41,705 nucleotides of DNA from a virus (lineage: Duplodnaviria > Caudoviricetes). Position 1 is the first letter of the stretch. Each line of letters opens with the position of its first letter. Positions 26,351-34,965 of the stretch are shown here, in pieces. Location of the stretch: IMG/VR virus record IMGVR_UViG_3300026907_000032, positions 1 to 41,705 of that record; one strand, given 5' to 3'. The notes under the pieces were generated by a model. The model worked only from the letters and a program-made list of their open reading frames with translations, was not told where the DNA came from and made no database searches. The position numbers and the translations under genes are program-made.

Positions 26351-27882
26351 CGCAAATTCACATAGGCCTGGATTATGAAGGCGTAGGTAGTCTGAAGATC
26401 ACCAAGGGCAATCTTGATCCGGCCATGACCCATGACAGCACGCTGGGCGCATTCTTGTACAACTCCAAATTCGCGGTGCAGGCTCAGATCGGCGGCCGCG
26501 ATACCCAGCCTTACAGGGGTGGTGACTACAACTACCCTCCGGGATCTGGCAATGATAACTTCACATTGCGCAGCTGGCGTTATCCAACCGACGTAATGCA
26601 GAACCGTGTGTTTTATCGGGCAGCGTATTTCCCCGGACTGAACTACACGTTGCCGCTGTTTGATGTCCTTGTGCGTCGCACGACCGATAATTATTACGTC
26701 AACGCGCGCTCAATCCTTAGCACCTATGGCCATGAGAGCCGTGGCGAGCGGATCGCCACGGTCATGCCCTTTAATGACCAGTCCGACTTCGGCTGGAAGC
26801 TCAACAACCGTACCCTCGTCGACAATAATTATCGGACCTTTGGAGATATTCTTGCGCTTACCAACGTCTTCGGAGCGGTTAGCTCGGGAAACTATAATTA
26901 TCTGACGAATGAGTTGCTGGTTTGGAACCTTCCCGGGGATGAGGCTGGCATCGTCGATGCCCAGCCATTGACGCCGAACCCGGAGCATTTCGCCATCAAT
27001 ATTGATAGCTCCGGCTTCAAGGTAGCAAAGCCTGGTTATAACGTCGACACGGCTTTTGGCACGCAGCTCGCTTTCGACAGCAGCAACCGGCCAACTAAAA
27101 TTGTTGCTGCTGATGATATCTTCGTGCCGTCCGGTGGTTCGGAGTACGTGCTGCCGATGGCCGTGCCAGATGGCACTATGTGTATCGTCAATTTCTACAC
27201 CGGCAGCACCATTGTCTATCCCGCCAACCCGCACGAAGAGCAGAACGGGGCAGACTGGCGCATCGCCGGAGACCGGCTTTATTTCAGTAACCCGAATGGC
27301 GGATGTCGGGCGCGGTTCATGGTCGTCGCGTACGATCAATCACCGCAAACGGTCGGCAACAATGACGTCTGGAGGATGTTCGACGTCAATGGCGAGAACG
27401 TTGTTCAATTTCTCAGACCTGGCGCCGGCGATCCGCCCGCTTTTTCTGACATTGTCATCGACAGTCGTTGGCCGGCAATATCGATGCTTGCGCAAGGCTA
27501 CTTCGGTGTTGGCGGTGGTGCGCAGAATACATCGATCCCGATCGACACGACGAACTTCTATCCAATCGTCAGATACATGACGGTGCACTCCGGTTACGGC
27601 GGAGGGAGCGGTGGCGATAACTCTTACTCCAAGATGATTCGACCGCCGATCACCGCCAAATATCGCGTGCGTCATCCGACTGTGGGTTTTCCGTGGAGGG
27701 ATTCTGGCGACAGCTCATACGTGACGATCCAGTCAAACGCGGCGGTCTTCTCGACCTTCTCCGGAGCGGCGGCCCGCGCCGCAGTCGTCGACAATGGGGG
27801 CGGTAGCTACTCGGTTTCCTACACCTATCCGTCGTCGCCGGTGATCGGCATCCGCTATTATATTTTTGGCATACCCAAATAG
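26347..27882 (+). CDS. Tail tip accessory/receptor-binding candidate
   Basis: Beta-rich; repeated KVAKPG/FLRPG..D motifs; ATGA coupling to J-like gene. Confidence 0.65.
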   Translation: MTQIHIGLDYEGVGSLKITKGNLDPAMTHDSTLGAFLYNSKFAVQAQIGGRDTQPYRGGDYNYPPGSGNDNFTLRSWRYPTDVMQNRVFYRAAYFPGLNYTLPLFDVLVRRTTDNYYVNARSILSTYGHESRGERIATVMPFNDQSDFGWKLNNRTLVDNNYRTFGDILALTNVFGAVSSGNYNYLTNELLVWNLPGDEAGIVDAQPLTPNPEHFAINIDSSGFKVAKPGYNVDTAFGTQLAFDSSNRPTKIVAADDIFVPSGGSEYVLPMAVPDGTMCIVNFYTGSTIVYPANPHEEQNGADWRIAGDRLYFSNPNGGCRARFMVVAYDQSPQTVGNNDVWRMFDVNGENVVQFLRPGAGDPPAFSDIVIDSRWPAISMLAQGYFGVGGGAQNTSIPIDTTNFYPIVRYMTVHSGYGGGSGGDNSYSKMIRPPITAKYRVRHPTVGFPWRDSGDSSYVTIQSNAAVFSTFSGAAARAAVVDNGGGSYSVSYTYPSSPVIGIRYYIFGIPK

Positions 27883-27891
27883 GATTGACCC

Positions 27892-28101
27892 ATGTCCACG
27901 AGTAACCAGATGCATCTCGACGTTACTGTTGTGATGCAGGAAGCAAATGCGCTTGAAGATCACTACAAGCGCCGCAATCTCTATCTCGCTCAATCGCTGT
28001 CCGTTCAGAAGGCTGAAAACCAGATCCTTCTCGACAAAATTAACGGCCTTGAAGCCGATCTTCGTCTCGCGCGCGGTGAAGGCGGTGGAGGATCCGAATA
28101 A
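27892..28101 (+). CDS. Small coiled-coil protein
   Basis: AGGA RBS; TAATG coupling to the fibre gene. Confidence 0.65.
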   Translation: MSTSNQMHLDVTVVMQEANALEDHYKRRNLYLAQSLSVQKAENQILLDKINGLEADLRLARGEGGGGSE

Positions 28102-29465
28102 TGGCAACACCAACCTGGTACGGCGACGGTACGGCATCCGTTGTTGTTGGATCGCGCACGGTCACCGGTACGGGAACGGGCTGGCTGACCGCTGTTGCCG
28201 GTCTGACGCCGATTAAGTCCGGTGACAAATTCGGCATTCACGTTGGCCGTCCGATCGTCATAGAGCAGATCATCAGCGACACGGAACTGCGGCTTGCAGA
28301 CGATTGGCCCGGTCCCGCGCAAACTGACGCGCCTTATAAGGTGGAGCTGACGTCGCCAACTATTGCCGCAGTCGAGGCTATGCGACGGCTGCTGGCCTCG
28401 TTGTCTAATGGCAACTTGGAGGGATTGTCGAAAATAGAGGTGGGCGTTGACGATATCCCGATAGGGATTGGCCCGGGCGTCTTCGGGACCGTCAATAAGG
28501 CGCAGTTAGTCAATGGCGTGGAGTTTGATGTTCAGGTCAACACGCTTGCGGACCGAGCCGCATACAATGCGGCGGCGACTGGTTTCAAGGTTCTTGTTTC
28601 TAATGTGGGTGATGGTCGCTCCGCACTCTACAGCAAGAAATCTGCTACCTCTGGAGATTGGAGTAATCCGAGTTACATTACCGGACCGACGGGTATCGCT
28701 GGACCGTACACGGAAATCACGGTTGGACCGACAACGACGCTTCCTGCTGGCTCATCGGCTACTGTCACGCCCGTCGTTGTTGATGCAGATACAGTCCGCC
28801 TGGATTTTGGCTTACCTAAAGGGCTTGATGGCTCCGGAACGGGTGATGTCACTGGGGCTGCATCATCGGTCGATGGTCAGTTCGCTGCCGCTAACGGAGC
28901 AACCGGAAAGTCGCTGAAATTTTTGACCGCAGCTCAGGCTCGGCAGACACTTGGTGGATGGGAGTTCATAGGCTCCTATAATATCGCCGGTTTGAGTGTT
29001 TTAGACGTCACCAATCTTGGAGCCTACAGAACGCTTCGAATTAACGGCGCAGGTGTTTTCAACGCCAACAACGATATGAATATCCGATTCTCGGAAAACA
29101 ACGGCTCCACCTTCGGCGCAGATAGCGATGAGTTTCTTTATACGTTCATAGGCACGAGAGCGCCTAATTCTGGAAGTGGAGCCGTTGGTGAAACAACTGA
29201 CGGATTAAGTTCTGGTAACTTTTTCCTGTATCATGGAGGAAATACTGGATATCCGACCCTCGCGGAATGCGTAATATACGAGTTCAATCAGACTAGAAAC
29301 GCTGGCACTTTTGTGAGCAGCAGGCTTAGCACTTCAACCGATAGGTATGTTCGCATGATTGGGGCGGCGCACAAGCGTGCGACAGTTCAAAATGCCCTTA
29401 GATTTTACCTAAATGGAACAACTGTCCAATCTGGTATGATTTACCTTGAAGGAATTCGCGGATGA
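28101..29465 (+). CDS. Tail fibre protein
   Basis: GTASVVVGSRTVTGTGTGW N-terminal anchor; GDVTG motif; AT-richer C-terminal domain. Confidence 0.8.
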   Translation: MATPTWYGDGTASVVVGSRTVTGTGTGWLTAVAGLTPIKSGDKFGIHVGRPIVIEQIISDTELRLADDWPGPAQTDAPYKVELTSPTIAAVEAMRRLLASLSNGNLEGLSKIEVGVDDIPIGIGPGVFGTVNKAQLVNGVEFDVQVNTLADRAAYNAAATGFKVLVSNVGDGRSALYSKKSATSGDWSNPSYITGPTGIAGPYTEITVGPTTTLPAGSSATVTPVVVDADTVRLDFGLPKGLDGSGTGDVTGAASSVDGQFAAANGATGKSLKFLTAAQARQTLGGWEFIGSYNIAGLSVLDVTNLGAYRTLRINGAGVFNANNDMNIRFSENNGSTFGADSDEFLYTFIGTRAPNSGSGAVGETTDGLSSGNFFLYHGGNTGYPTLAECVIYEFNQTRNAGTFVSSRLSTSTDRYVRMIGAAHKRATVQNALRFYLNGTTVQSGMIYLEGIRG

Positions 29466-29836
29466 ATATTGCGATATTCAACGCCGAAACAGGCGAAGCA
29501 ACTGAACGTCCCATGACCGCCGACGAGATTGCCGAGATTGGGCAAGTGCATGAAGCTCTGCCACCCACCATTGCCGACTACGAAAACGCCATCCAGAACC
29601 TTGTCGATGAAACTGCCCGCGAGCGTCAGTTCCGCGATGGTGTGACGTTGGCGTCCTACACGGCGTCAACCAAACCGAAGTGGGCGGCAGAGGCACAGGC
29701 TTTCGTCGCGTGGCGCGATAACGTCTGGTTTTATGCTTACGGCGAGTTGGCCAAGGTTCAAGCCGGTCAGCGACAGCAGCCGACCGTGGAGCAGTTCCTT
29801 ACGGAAATCGCCCCCATCGCTTGGCCGGTAGCGTGA
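29462..29836 (+). CDS. Tail fibre assembly-like protein
   Basis: AFVAWRDNVW...IAWP pattern; follows the fibre gene. Confidence 0.7.
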   Translation: MNIAIFNAETGEATERPMTADEIAEIGQVHEALPPTIADYENAIQNLVDETARERQFRDGVTLASYTASTKPKWAAEAQAFVAWRDNVWFYAYGELAKVQAGQRQQPTVEQFLTEIAPIAWPVA

Positions 29837-29858
29837 CCCGGCCGACGATGAGATGTAA

Positions 29859-30455
29859 TTAGAACCTGATGCCGAAACCCGCAGTGAATTGATATTGATT
29901 ATTGTCATAGTACCTTTGCGATGGGAGGTCTCTGTATTCAGCCTCCATCCGAAGGAAATACTGATCGAAGTTTAGCTCTGCGCCAGCCGCAACGGAATAC
30001 ACGAACGAATTGAGATGGTCGGTGGAAGAATACTTTCCATACTCTCTACCCGTGCCGCCTTCTCGTCCCTCTATAAACGCGGCTCCCATCCCGATCTTGC
30101 CATACAAGAACGTCGAGCCGATCATGGATCCTGCTCTAATGGACGCCATCGTAGAGAGTGTCTCTTTGTAGAAAAGACGATATGTCCCTTCTGGAAAGTC
30201 CGTGTACTGCAGAATTTCTTTTTCGTTCAGGTGACTTCGGATCGACAACTCGGGACCAATGACGAAACTTCCGTCAACAAAGTTGTATCCAGCAAAAATT
30301 TGCGCACTTGGGTTGGTCACGCGACCGTACCAATTTGCCAGATGCTCGGACGTTCCTCCGGTTATTGCGCCTCCAGCGTACCAACCTTGGATATCTTGAG
30401 CCATCAAGGTTTGTGGAACCATTAAAAACACAAATGACGTAGCCAGCTTTCGCAT
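29859..30455 (-). CDS. Outer-membrane beta-barrel (Omp25/RopB-like) moron
   Basis: Signal peptide; GWYAG; FAGYNF; AGAE; RMEAEYRD; terminal Phe (GFGIRF). Confidence 0.85.
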   Translation of the reverse strand: MRKLATSFVFLMVPQTLMAQDIQGWYAGGAITGGTSEHLANWYGRVTNPSAQIFAGYNFVDGSFVIGPELSIRSHLNEKEILQYTDFPEGTYRLFYKETLSTMASIRAGSMIGSTFLYGKIGMGAAFIEGREGGTGREYGKYSSTDHLNSFVYSVAAGAELNFDQYFLRMEAEYRDLPSQRYYDNNQYQFTAGFGIRF

Positions 30456-30560
30456 TTATTCCCCCAAGAACTACACTCGGGTATAGCGTTCATCTTGTGG
30501 TAGCTCAACCTGAAATTGCTTTGACCGGTAGCGTAAGCCGGCACCCATAAGGAATCCCAA

Positions 30561-31487
30561 ATGCCAATCACAAAAATCTCCACACAGGGGAGGGCCTTCG
30601 TGCGCCTGCACGAGGGCAACCCACTAACCTGCTACCTTGACCCCGTCGGCATTCCGACGATCGGTACGGGCTTCACAATGCGCAGTGGTTCCGTTCGCCG
30701 TGAACTGGCGAAGATCGGTATCACGAAGCTTGTGCCAGGTAAGACCAAGATCACGACCGCGCAGAGCGATGTCATCCTCGACGCTGTTCTTGCTGCCGAG
30801 TACGTGCCTGCAGTCGTTGCTGGTTCGCCCGAGAATCGCAAACAGCATGAGCTGGACGCTGCTGCATCCGTGACGTTCAATCTCGGCGTCGGCGCCATGA
30901 ATTGGACGTGGGCCGAATACTGGCGCAAAGGCCAGATCAAGAAGGCTGCGGCTCATCTCGCCTCCAACTACAACACGGCGAAAGGCAAGAAGCTGCAGGG
31001 ATTGGTGCGCCGCCGCAAGGAAGAAGCCTTGCTTTTCGAGAAGGGCATCTACACCGGCGTAGCGAGCGCTACGAAGGAGGCTACTGCTGAGCCGCCTGCC
31101 CAGCCTGATCCTGTCGTGAAGGAAGCGCAGGAGCTGCTGACTGCGGCGGGCCTCAATCCCGGCGCCATTGACGGCTGGATGGGCGAGAAGACCAAGGCCG
31201 CGGTGATTGCCTACCAGAAGGCCCACCCACACCTGATCGCCGACGGCATCATCGGTCCCGCCACGCTCGCACAGCTGCGGCGCGACGGCTCAGCCGCAAG
31301 GGAAGCCGTGACGAAGGGTGTCGGCTCGGCTGCGAGCTCAGGCTTGCTCGCTTTCGTGGCTGGCCTTCCTTGGGGCTGGATCGTCGCCGGCGTCGCTGTC
31401 GCTGCTGTTGCCTATGTCGCGTATCGCAATCGCGATGTCATCGCTCGCCGGTGGAACAGCTGGCGCGGCAAGGAGGTGGTGGTTTGA
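30561..31487 (+). CDS. Endolysin: GH24 lysozyme, PG-binding domain and C-terminal TM
   Basis: HEG..L.CYLDPVGIPTIGTG; GLVRRRKEE; DGWMGEKT..AVIAYQ..ADGIIGPAT. Confidence 0.92.
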   Translation: MPITKISTQGRAFVRLHEGNPLTCYLDPVGIPTIGTGFTMRSGSVRRELAKIGITKLVPGKTKITTAQSDVILDAVLAAEYVPAVVAGSPENRKQHELDAAASVTFNLGVGAMNWTWAEYWRKGQIKKAAAHLASNYNTAKGKKLQGLVRRRKEEALLFEKGIYTGVASATKEATAEPPAQPDPVVKEAQELLTAAGLNPGAIDGWMGEKTKAAVIAYQKAHPHLIADGIIGPATLAQLRRDGSAAREAVTKGVGSAASSGLLAFVAGLPWGWIVAGVAVAAVAYVAYRNRDVIARRWNSWRGKEVVV

Positions 31488-31723
31488 TCCTCTTGTGGGC
31501 GAAATTCAAAGGCTACCTAGCCGCAATCGGTGCGGCGCTCGCGATCCTCGCGGGCGTCTTTTTGTATGGCCAGAGGGCAGGGCGCTCCGCGGCGAAAGAT
31601 GAACAGGCCGCAGCAAATGCCAAGGCTATCAAGAGGGCCGGGGATGTCGAAAATGAAATCAGGAATCTGGATGACGCTGGCGTTGATGACGCTCTTGGCA
31701 AGTGGATGCGCGACAAGCGGTAG
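31484..31723 (+). CDS. Inner-membrane spanin (Rz-like)
   Basis: TTG start with GGAGG RBS; N-terminal TM then helical region. Confidence 0.7.
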   Translation: MILLWAKFKGYLAAIGAALAILAGVFLYGQRAGRSAAKDEQAAANAKAIKRAGDVENEIRNLDDAGVDDALGKWMRDKR

Positions 31724-31844
31724 CTACTGCGACATCGCGCGACCGGTGCGGCCATCATTTGAGGATAGCCTGACGAGCGAAACGAAGCGGCAAATCCTCA
31801 CTGAAAATGAAAAGCTGCAGAAGCTGTGCGGGGTGAAGCCATGA
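31644..31844 (+). CDS. Outer-membrane spanin lipoprotein (Rz1-like)
   Basis: Lipobox LASG/C; overlaps the 3' end of the i-spanin. Confidence 0.75.
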   Translation: MSKMKSGIWMTLALMTLLASGCATSGSYCDIARPVRPSFEDSLTSETKRQILTENEKLQKLCGVKP

Positions 31845-32185
31845 ACGGTCCTGAAATCATGGCTGTCGCCGTCTTCATCATAACGGTTTTCGGTTTCCTG
31901 TTCGGCCTCTGGAAGTACGTCGACGCGAAGATCAGCGCCGCAAAGACGGAAGCGTCTGGCGCGGCATCTGCGGCTTCGGCAATGGCGTCCCTTGCAAGGG
32001 AAGAGCTCGCGGCTCACCGCCTGCATGTGGCGGAAACCTACGTCTCAAAGTCCGGCCTTCGCGAGCAGACTGAGCAGATCATGGGCGCTATCGGTGCCGT
32101 GAAGGATGCCGTCGACAAGATGACGCTGCGCGTCGATAGGATTGTTGAAAATCAGCCTAAGCCGAGGACGACGCGATCTTCGTAA
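31841..32185 (+). CDS. Single-TM holin-like/lysis protein
   Basis: N-terminal TM plus coiled coil; at end of lysis cassette. Confidence 0.55.
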   Translation: MNGPEIMAVAVFIITVFGFLFGLWKYVDAKISAAKTEASGAASAASAMASLAREELAAHRLHVAETYVSKSGLREQTEQIMGAIGAVKDAVDKMTLRVDRIVENQPKPRTTRSS

Positions 32186-32188
32186 ATC

Positions 32189-32221
32189 AACCCGCTTGCC
32201 GAGAGGTGGGCGGGTTTTTTT
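32189..32221 (+). terminator. Late operon terminator
   Basis: AACCCGCTTGCC-gaga-GGTGGGCGGGTTTTTT. Confidence 0.85.
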
Positions 32222-32538
32222 ATTATTCGAATAAACTGCCGAAGAACAGTTGGCCAACTATCTGCGAGCGTTTATCGCTCTAATTTAGGTTTTACTAAGT
32301 GAGAACATCGCGTTAGCTCTATCAAAAGCCGCTCCAGACAACTGGAAGCGGCATGCTTGATGAAATGAATAGAGTATGCGTTGCCAATATTCGGGAAAGT
32401 ATTTGAGCTAGAAAAATGTTGCTCGTTCCCATGAAACGTGGAGATTAATTGAGGCTTCCATTCAGTTTGTCAATTAGCGCTCAAGGATATGCTTAATCTG
32501 TAAGCCCTTGGTCACTTTGCCCGTGCCAGCGCCAGAGC

Positions 32539-32564
32539 AAAAAGAAACCCGCCGGAGCGGGATT
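32539..32564 (-). terminator. Terminator downstream of DUF3800 and its RNA
   Basis: Minus strand AATCCCGC-tccg-GCGGGTTTCTTTTT. Confidence 0.8.
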
Positions 32565-32589
32565 CACATAGGACGAAAATCCTGTATAG

Positions 32590-32708
32590 TTGGTTTCGGC
32601 AGGAACGCCGATCACTCCTGACGCTAGTCGTCTTATTCAGGGAATGGCAGCCGTGTGGATGCAGCCTTTCAATCTCTGAACGAAACGGGAGCCGGGGCCT
32701 GCCACCAA
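32590..32708 (-). ncRNA. Candidate DUF3800-associated structured RNA
   Basis: Nested pairings UUGGU/ACCAA, GGCAGG/CCUGCC, CCG/CGG, CUCC/GGAG, UUCAG/CUGAA, GGCUG/CGGCU and GACG/CGUC. Confidence 0.6.
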
Positions 32709-33589
32709 ATTGGTTCTCTGAAATCATAATCATAGAACTCGAATATTTTTTTCTGATCGGCTGATATGTCGGCTTTCCAGCATGGTGTTGGCTGAAGCAC
32801 AACACCATAGTCATCGTAGAAGCCCGTGGCCGTGTGTGCCATACGCGGGCGCAAAGCTTCGGCGAATGATGTGTCGCACGGCCCCGTATCAAGATTGTCG
32901 ATGGCCTGGTAGAACGAACTGGCGACAACGTCAGCCAATTGAAGCCCCGCTCTCTGGTAATGCGGATAGTGCTCGACAAGGTGCATGCTCATGACATCCC
33001 ATCTCGGCACCCACTTAGATAGAAAAGGCCTTCCACCACGCGACTGTCGTTTGAGGAGGGCGTGATAAGCCGCAGTCTGGCTGTAGGAGTGGCCGCCGGA
33101 TTGAGAGAAAACAAACTTCACATGTCTTCTGGGCAGATTGTTACGGTCTGCACGCCGACCGCACCAGTCTGTCACGCGTTCGACCACAATCCTTACGAGC
33201 CAGTTGTAAAACCATTGTTTCGATGGGATTTTAGAGGCGTTCTCATTTTGGTGGCGTCGCATGTTTTTCTTATTCGACGCGACCACAAATAACCTAACGG
33301 GAAGCTCCGCCACTGCCTCGGCGACCGTGAGCCTATTTTCTTTTGTCAGGTCTTTGAAGTGAATAACTTGGGTATTTGTTTCGCCTATTTTTCTATTGAT
33401 GTCAGCGACCCACCCAAAGATATCACTTTCCCGGCTACGGCTTACGACTACGGCCGAGACGGTCATCCATTCTGTGCTGCCCTTTTCATCAACTGGGCGA
33501 ACGTTCTTTAGGCCGGGGTCGCCGGCTTCATCGATGTATGCGATGAACTCATACTCTGGAATTGATGCCCCCCGGCCAGTGCTGGTCAC
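32669..33589 (-). CDS. DUF3800 family protein
   Basis: N-terminal FIAYIDEAGD; HFKDL; C-terminal GLQLADVVA. Confidence 0.85.
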   Translation of the reverse strand: MTSTGRGASIPEYEFIAYIDEAGDPGLKNVRPVDEKGSTEWMTVSAVVVSRSRESDIFGWVADINRKIGETNTQVIHFKDLTKENRLTVAEAVAELPVRLFVVASNKKNMRRHQNENASKIPSKQWFYNWLVRIVVERVTDWCGRRADRNNLPRRHVKFVFSQSGGHSYSQTAAYHALLKRQSRGGRPFLSKWVPRWDVMSMHLVEHYPHYQRAGLQLADVVASSFYQAIDNLDTGPCDTSFAEALRPRMAHTATGFYDDYGVVLQPTPCWKADISADQKKIFEFYDYDFREPIWWQAPAPVSFRD

Positions 33590-33852
33590 GGCTTCTTCAC
33601 CTCGTCATACTTCATCATTTCAGCTAGATCCTCTAAGAGAGCCGACGGGCCGAGTGCGCCGTTATGTGCCAAGTCTTCCGCTGCTTGGCGAAGGGCTTTC
33701 TTGTAGTCTTTCACCTTCATTGAGCCGGCATCTTCCAGTGTCTTCGCGAGAGCAATCAACGCCATGTTGTTGGCCGCCTGGATGTTGGCCATAACCTCGA
33801 TAATCTCATCGATTGGATCGTGTTTCTTTTTCATCAATTTGAGCCTTTTCAT
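33586..33852 (-). CDS. Hypothetical helical protein coupled to DUF3800
   Basis: 88-aa ORF; ATGA overlap with the DUF3800 start. Confidence 0.65.
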   Translation of the reverse strand: MKRLKLMKKKHDPIDEIIEVMANIQAANNMALIALAKTLEDAGSMKVKDYKKALRQAAEDLAHNGALGPSALLEDLAEMMKYDEVKKP

Positions 33853-33858
33853 CCCATT

Positions 33859-34137
33859 TCATGGCTTAGCCCCGGATTCTAGAAGCAGCCTTATCGCTTC
33901 TGCCGCATCAAGCAGCGCGTCCCTTTTTTGATCGTCTGGAAGATTGGCTGCCGCTTCGGATGTTGCCTTGAGATATATAACGACGTCGCGTCCGATCGGG
34001 GCAACAGTTACCGCTGTCTTGCGAAGTTCCCTGACCATGGCGATGGATCGATCAAGCAAAACGCTTACGTCGCGCGCCGTCAATTGATCCAAATTGCCAG
34101 CTGCTTTCTCCAACTCGGAAATAAGACCCCTAGGCAT
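33859..34137 (-). CDS. Hypothetical helical protein
   Basis: MPRGLISELEKAA... amphipathic ORF, co-oriented and 6 bp from the next gene. Confidence 0.6.
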   Translation of the reverse strand: MPRGLISELEKAAGNLDQLTARDVSVLLDRSIAMVRELRKTAVTVAPIGRDVVIYLKATSEAAANLPDDQKRDALLDAAEAIRLLLESGAKP

Positions 34138-34348
34138 TGTATTTCTTGGACCCTTTCTCCTTCGACATTTACCCCTCTCGGGCAATCACTAAGGAAAACA
34201 TGCAAATGGTTGCAAGTCTATCCATCTAAGGGGGAATGACCGTCCCTTCACCCAACCAGCTCCCGGCCGCTCTCTCCATTGCGCACCACTGGCGCTGGCC
34301 TGCCTGGATAGACTTCCACATCCGGCTCCAGGTAAGCCTCTCCTCCAT

Positions 34349-34692
34349 GATGCCCGCAATGTCGCGGATTATTTTGAGAAGCGGCATGCTGATGTGCTCC
34401 GGTCCATCGATTGCCTCGATTGCAGCACCCAATTCACTGAACGCAATTTTGCGTTCAGCGGCTACCTCGACAGTACTGGGCGGACATTACGATCGATAGA
34501 CATGTCCAAGGACGGCTTCACCTTCCTCGCCATGGGCTTCACCGGCACGAAAGCGGCTCGCTTCAAAGAAGCCTACATCGCGCAGTTCAATGCGATAGAA
34601 GCCGAGCTTCGGGAGCGCGACGACGAGCCGCAGATAGTCTCCTACACGCCAGAGGCGGAGGCCGGCCTTCTCGTCGGGCAGGCGCGGCGGGA
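34349..34692 (+). pseudogene. Rha-family regulator remnant
   Basis: In-frame DARNVADYFEKRHADVLRSID...MSKDGFTFLAMGFTG..AARFKEAYIAQFN; no proper start; C-terminus runs into the katE promoter. Confidence 0.8.
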
Positions 34693-34714
34693 TGAAAATT
34701 ATTTTGCCTCCGCA

Positions 34715-34739
34715 GGAACGTCGCCACGGTTCGAGTGTT
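34715..34739 (+). promoter_or_regulatory. EcfG-type promoter GGAAC-N16-TGTT
   Basis: Consensus-like motif upstream of the catalase cassette. Confidence 0.7.
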
Positions 34740-34777
34740 CTCCAAGTCCAGCACTCAAAATTTGATCGGTTTCCCGG

Positions 34778-34879
34778 ATGCCTACGGAAAAGACATTGCA
34801 TGACGTTTTGCCTGACAGGCTCGAGGACATCGGCTTTTCCTCAAACCAGACACTGAAGGCCCAGCCGAAAATGACGTGA
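34778..34879 (+). pseudogene. Degenerate 5' fragment of a yciF/DUF892 gene
   Basis: [33 protein letters not shown] aligns by eye with the DUF892 N-terminus (KSLAEIFEHTLQDVYYAENAITKALPKV). Confidence 0.55.
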
Positions 34880-34965
34880 GCCGCCCACTCTGTTCGGGCC
34901 GCCTTTCAGGGCGGCTTTTTCATTTCCGGGCCGCGATAGGCTCATTCCAGTTCAGGAGCCACACC

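Noticed and set aside
26347..29465. Diversity-generating retroelement or invertase shufflon at the tail fibres
   Set aside because: No reverse transcriptase, template repeat, invertase or inverted fibre cassettes seen
32400..32440. Possible LexA box or EcfG promoter around TGTTGCTCGTTCC
   Set aside because: Spacing does not fit GTTC-N7-GTTC, and no matching -10 element follows the minus-strand GGAAC
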